From Nemertoderma westbladi (lineage: Eukaryota; Animalia; Xenacoelomorpha): 39,119 nucleotides of DNA. Of the stretch, positions 37,493 to 39,119 are shown one piece after another (the stretch's first letter is position 1; each line of letters begins with the position of its first letter). The notes beneath the pieces are model-generated. The model saw only the letters and a list, made by a program, of their open reading frames with translations. It was not told the origin of the DNA and searched no databases. A program made the position numbers and the translations under genes. The stretch is from NCBI GenBank assembly GCA_032718475.1, contig JAUCBJ010005123.1, positions 1 to 39,119 of the forward strand, read 5' to 3'.

Positions 37493-37651
37493 GTGAGTTC
37501 TAAAGGCTAAATCAATAAATTAATCGCATGTTTTTATAACTCAATGTTGTATCGTCTCTATATATTTGTGTTCATTCGCTTAATTAGTAACTGATTAGCC
37601 ACGCATTCCATTGGCTGCATCGTTGCATTAAACCATTATGTCTAATCAATC

Positions 37652-38731
37652 ATGGCTACATCGACTCGGCAATTAAAGTCGGCACTCGATGATCTTTGTA
37701 AACTCATTGGCTTTGGCAACCGCGCGGCCACTTTAACCCCTGAATATTTACGCAAATCTAAGTTTGGCAAAAGCGAGTCCTTCTCACCAGTTTTAACGTC
37801 ACTGTGCGATATTGTATTACGGCTAGAATTTGGCTTAGATCTTTCTGTTATTTCTATTCCAAACGACCCGGAAAGGCTAAATTTCTTACGCTACGTTCTA
37901 CTACAACTCGGTTACGGGAGGCCCGAGATATACAGGCCAGTTTACGATAGTCGTGAGTTATTACTCGTCTTGGCTTGGTACACGGCTCGACCCGGTTTTA
38001 TAGCTCGTGTTTGTGAGGGCGTTCTGTTTGCCGATAAAACCTACTTCGGCCGAGATTCTAGGAAAAGGTGCGAGCCGTTAGCCAGTAGTGAAACGGCGGT
38101 GGGTATACAGACTGATACACCCGTGGACGGGTTGAATTGGCTCAACTTTTCACACGGACAGACTGCGATCCAAGGCCGTATGAATTCCCTGACCGGGTGC
38201 CAACTCAACTCTCAGATCCATAGGGTATACGCGAGCACACACACTAGGGGAGGGCCTGCAGACATACCGCATTATAATATCAATGAGGTTGAAGTTTGTA
38301 GGGATCCCTCCAAACTCAAAGACTACTGCGCCGAAATTGCGTCGACTTTAGAATTTCTGCAGATTGTGGTTTCTTGGCAGACGAACCAGCCAACCTTCTG
38401 GAAGTGGATGGACTCCGTTCTAGCACTGACTTCAAGTAACCCAGACAATAGCAACCCTATTCCTTCCAAAGTTATCGAGTCTGGTAAGTCGGTGTACCAT
38501 CGAGTTTGTTTAGAATCGTTGCTTAGTTACGCGAGGAGACCCACCCTGCCGCACGTGCTGGACCCAGACGGGGTCTACAGGTGTTTCGGTAATCGCGCTT
38601 CAGAACGGATTTCCTGTTTAAATGATTTCATTAAGGATTTGGACCGCCGTGTTGATAAACTCACACGAATACTTCGCCGCGAAATAGATTCCAAGTTGGG
38701 GGAGGTCGATAGCGTACTGAAGATCGATTGA
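37652..38731 (+). CDS. TEDC1: Tubulin epsilon and delta complex protein 1-like (C14orf80), intronless, 359 aa
   Basis: Uninterrupted ORF with TEDC1 motifs in order: TPEYLRKSKF (cf. SPEIFRRAKF), LGYGR, SRELLLVLAW (SRELLLALSW), EVEVCRDP (EAEMLRDP), W.....TFWKWMDSVL (FWRWMDTVL). Confidence 0.88.
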   Translation: MATSTRQLKSALDDLCKLIGFGNRAATLTPEYLRKSKFGKSESFSPVLTSLCDIVLRLEFGLDLSVISIPNDPERLNFLRYVLLQLGYGRPEIYRPVYDSRELLLVLAWYTARPGFIARVCEGVLFADKTYFGRDSRKRCEPLASSETAVGIQTDTPVDGLNWLNFSHGQTAIQGRMNSLTGCQLNSQIHRVYASTHTRGGPADIPHYNINEVEVCRDPSKLKDYCAEIASTLEFLQIVVSWQTNQPTFWKWMDSVLALTSSNPDNSNPIPSKVIESGKSVYHRVCLESLLSYARRPTLPHVLDPDGVYRCFGNRASERISCLNDFIKDLDRRVDKLTRILRREIDSKLGEVDSVLKID

Positions 38732-38865
38732 AATTAAGGTGGGTTAGTCTCACGTAGACTGGTGTTATCTGTCTGTTGTTTTCCTATTGACTGTATATAT
38801 ACATTCATCTTATTTATTTATATATCTGTATATCATATGTTTCACTAAATTATCGAGTTCAATTA

Positions 38866-39119
38866 CTGGGTGTCCCACAAAATTTGACACGGTTTCGCTT
38901 TCAAGTAACTCCGCTGCATTTTAATAATATTCGGCATTATCGGTATCATTATAAATCGAGAGTGCTAACTTAAAGAAGTAAACTTATTAAGTTGCAATGG
39001 TAACCCCCTGCGGCAGTGCATAAAGAAACAAGTGTTTTCGAAAGGTGCATTAATAATTAATTTTAAGAGTAAAAATTTTAAAGCATTTAAAAATTTGTAC
39101 TTTGTTAAGGAATTACAGT
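38866..39119 (+). mobile_element. Left end of a Tc1/mariner-like element, cut by the window edge
   Basis: TA|CTGGGTGTCCCACAAAA resembles CAGGGTGTCCCA-type TIRs. The partner end is not in the window. Confidence 0.5.

Overview
AT-rich, repeat-dense, intron-containing DNA from an animal, most likely an invertebrate. It is not prokaryotic and contains no CRISPR array. Four host genes are recognisable by recalled protein similarity (no search was run). (1) The first two coding exons of a RIM-family presynaptic active-zone gene (minus strand; 20434-20543 and 8758-8941; splice phases match across an ~11.5 kb intron). (2) A complete two-exon EBAG9/RCAS1 gene (minus). (3) The first coding exon of an SNX24/SNX22-like PX-domain sorting nexin (plus). 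(4) An intronless TEDC1-like gene on the same strand, apparently nested in the SNX intron. The rest is transposon debris: a decayed CRE-clade non-LTR retrotransposon bracketed by piggyBac-like ends, a 5'-truncated CR1-type LINE, Helitron and Helentron-type non-autonomous elements, tRNA-derived SINEs and long foldback MITEs. There are also about ten local tandem expansions. Almost all long ORFs in the supplied track are tandem-repeat artefacts. The most notable observations are minisatellites born from coding sequence (the EBAG9 C-terminus and the CRE ORF), a TE-borne array of invariant CTCF-like motifs, clusters of TA-flanked footprint-like palindromes (one in frame inside the EBAG9 CDS), the nested same-strand TEDC1, and a RIM zinc finger lacking the KTK motif.
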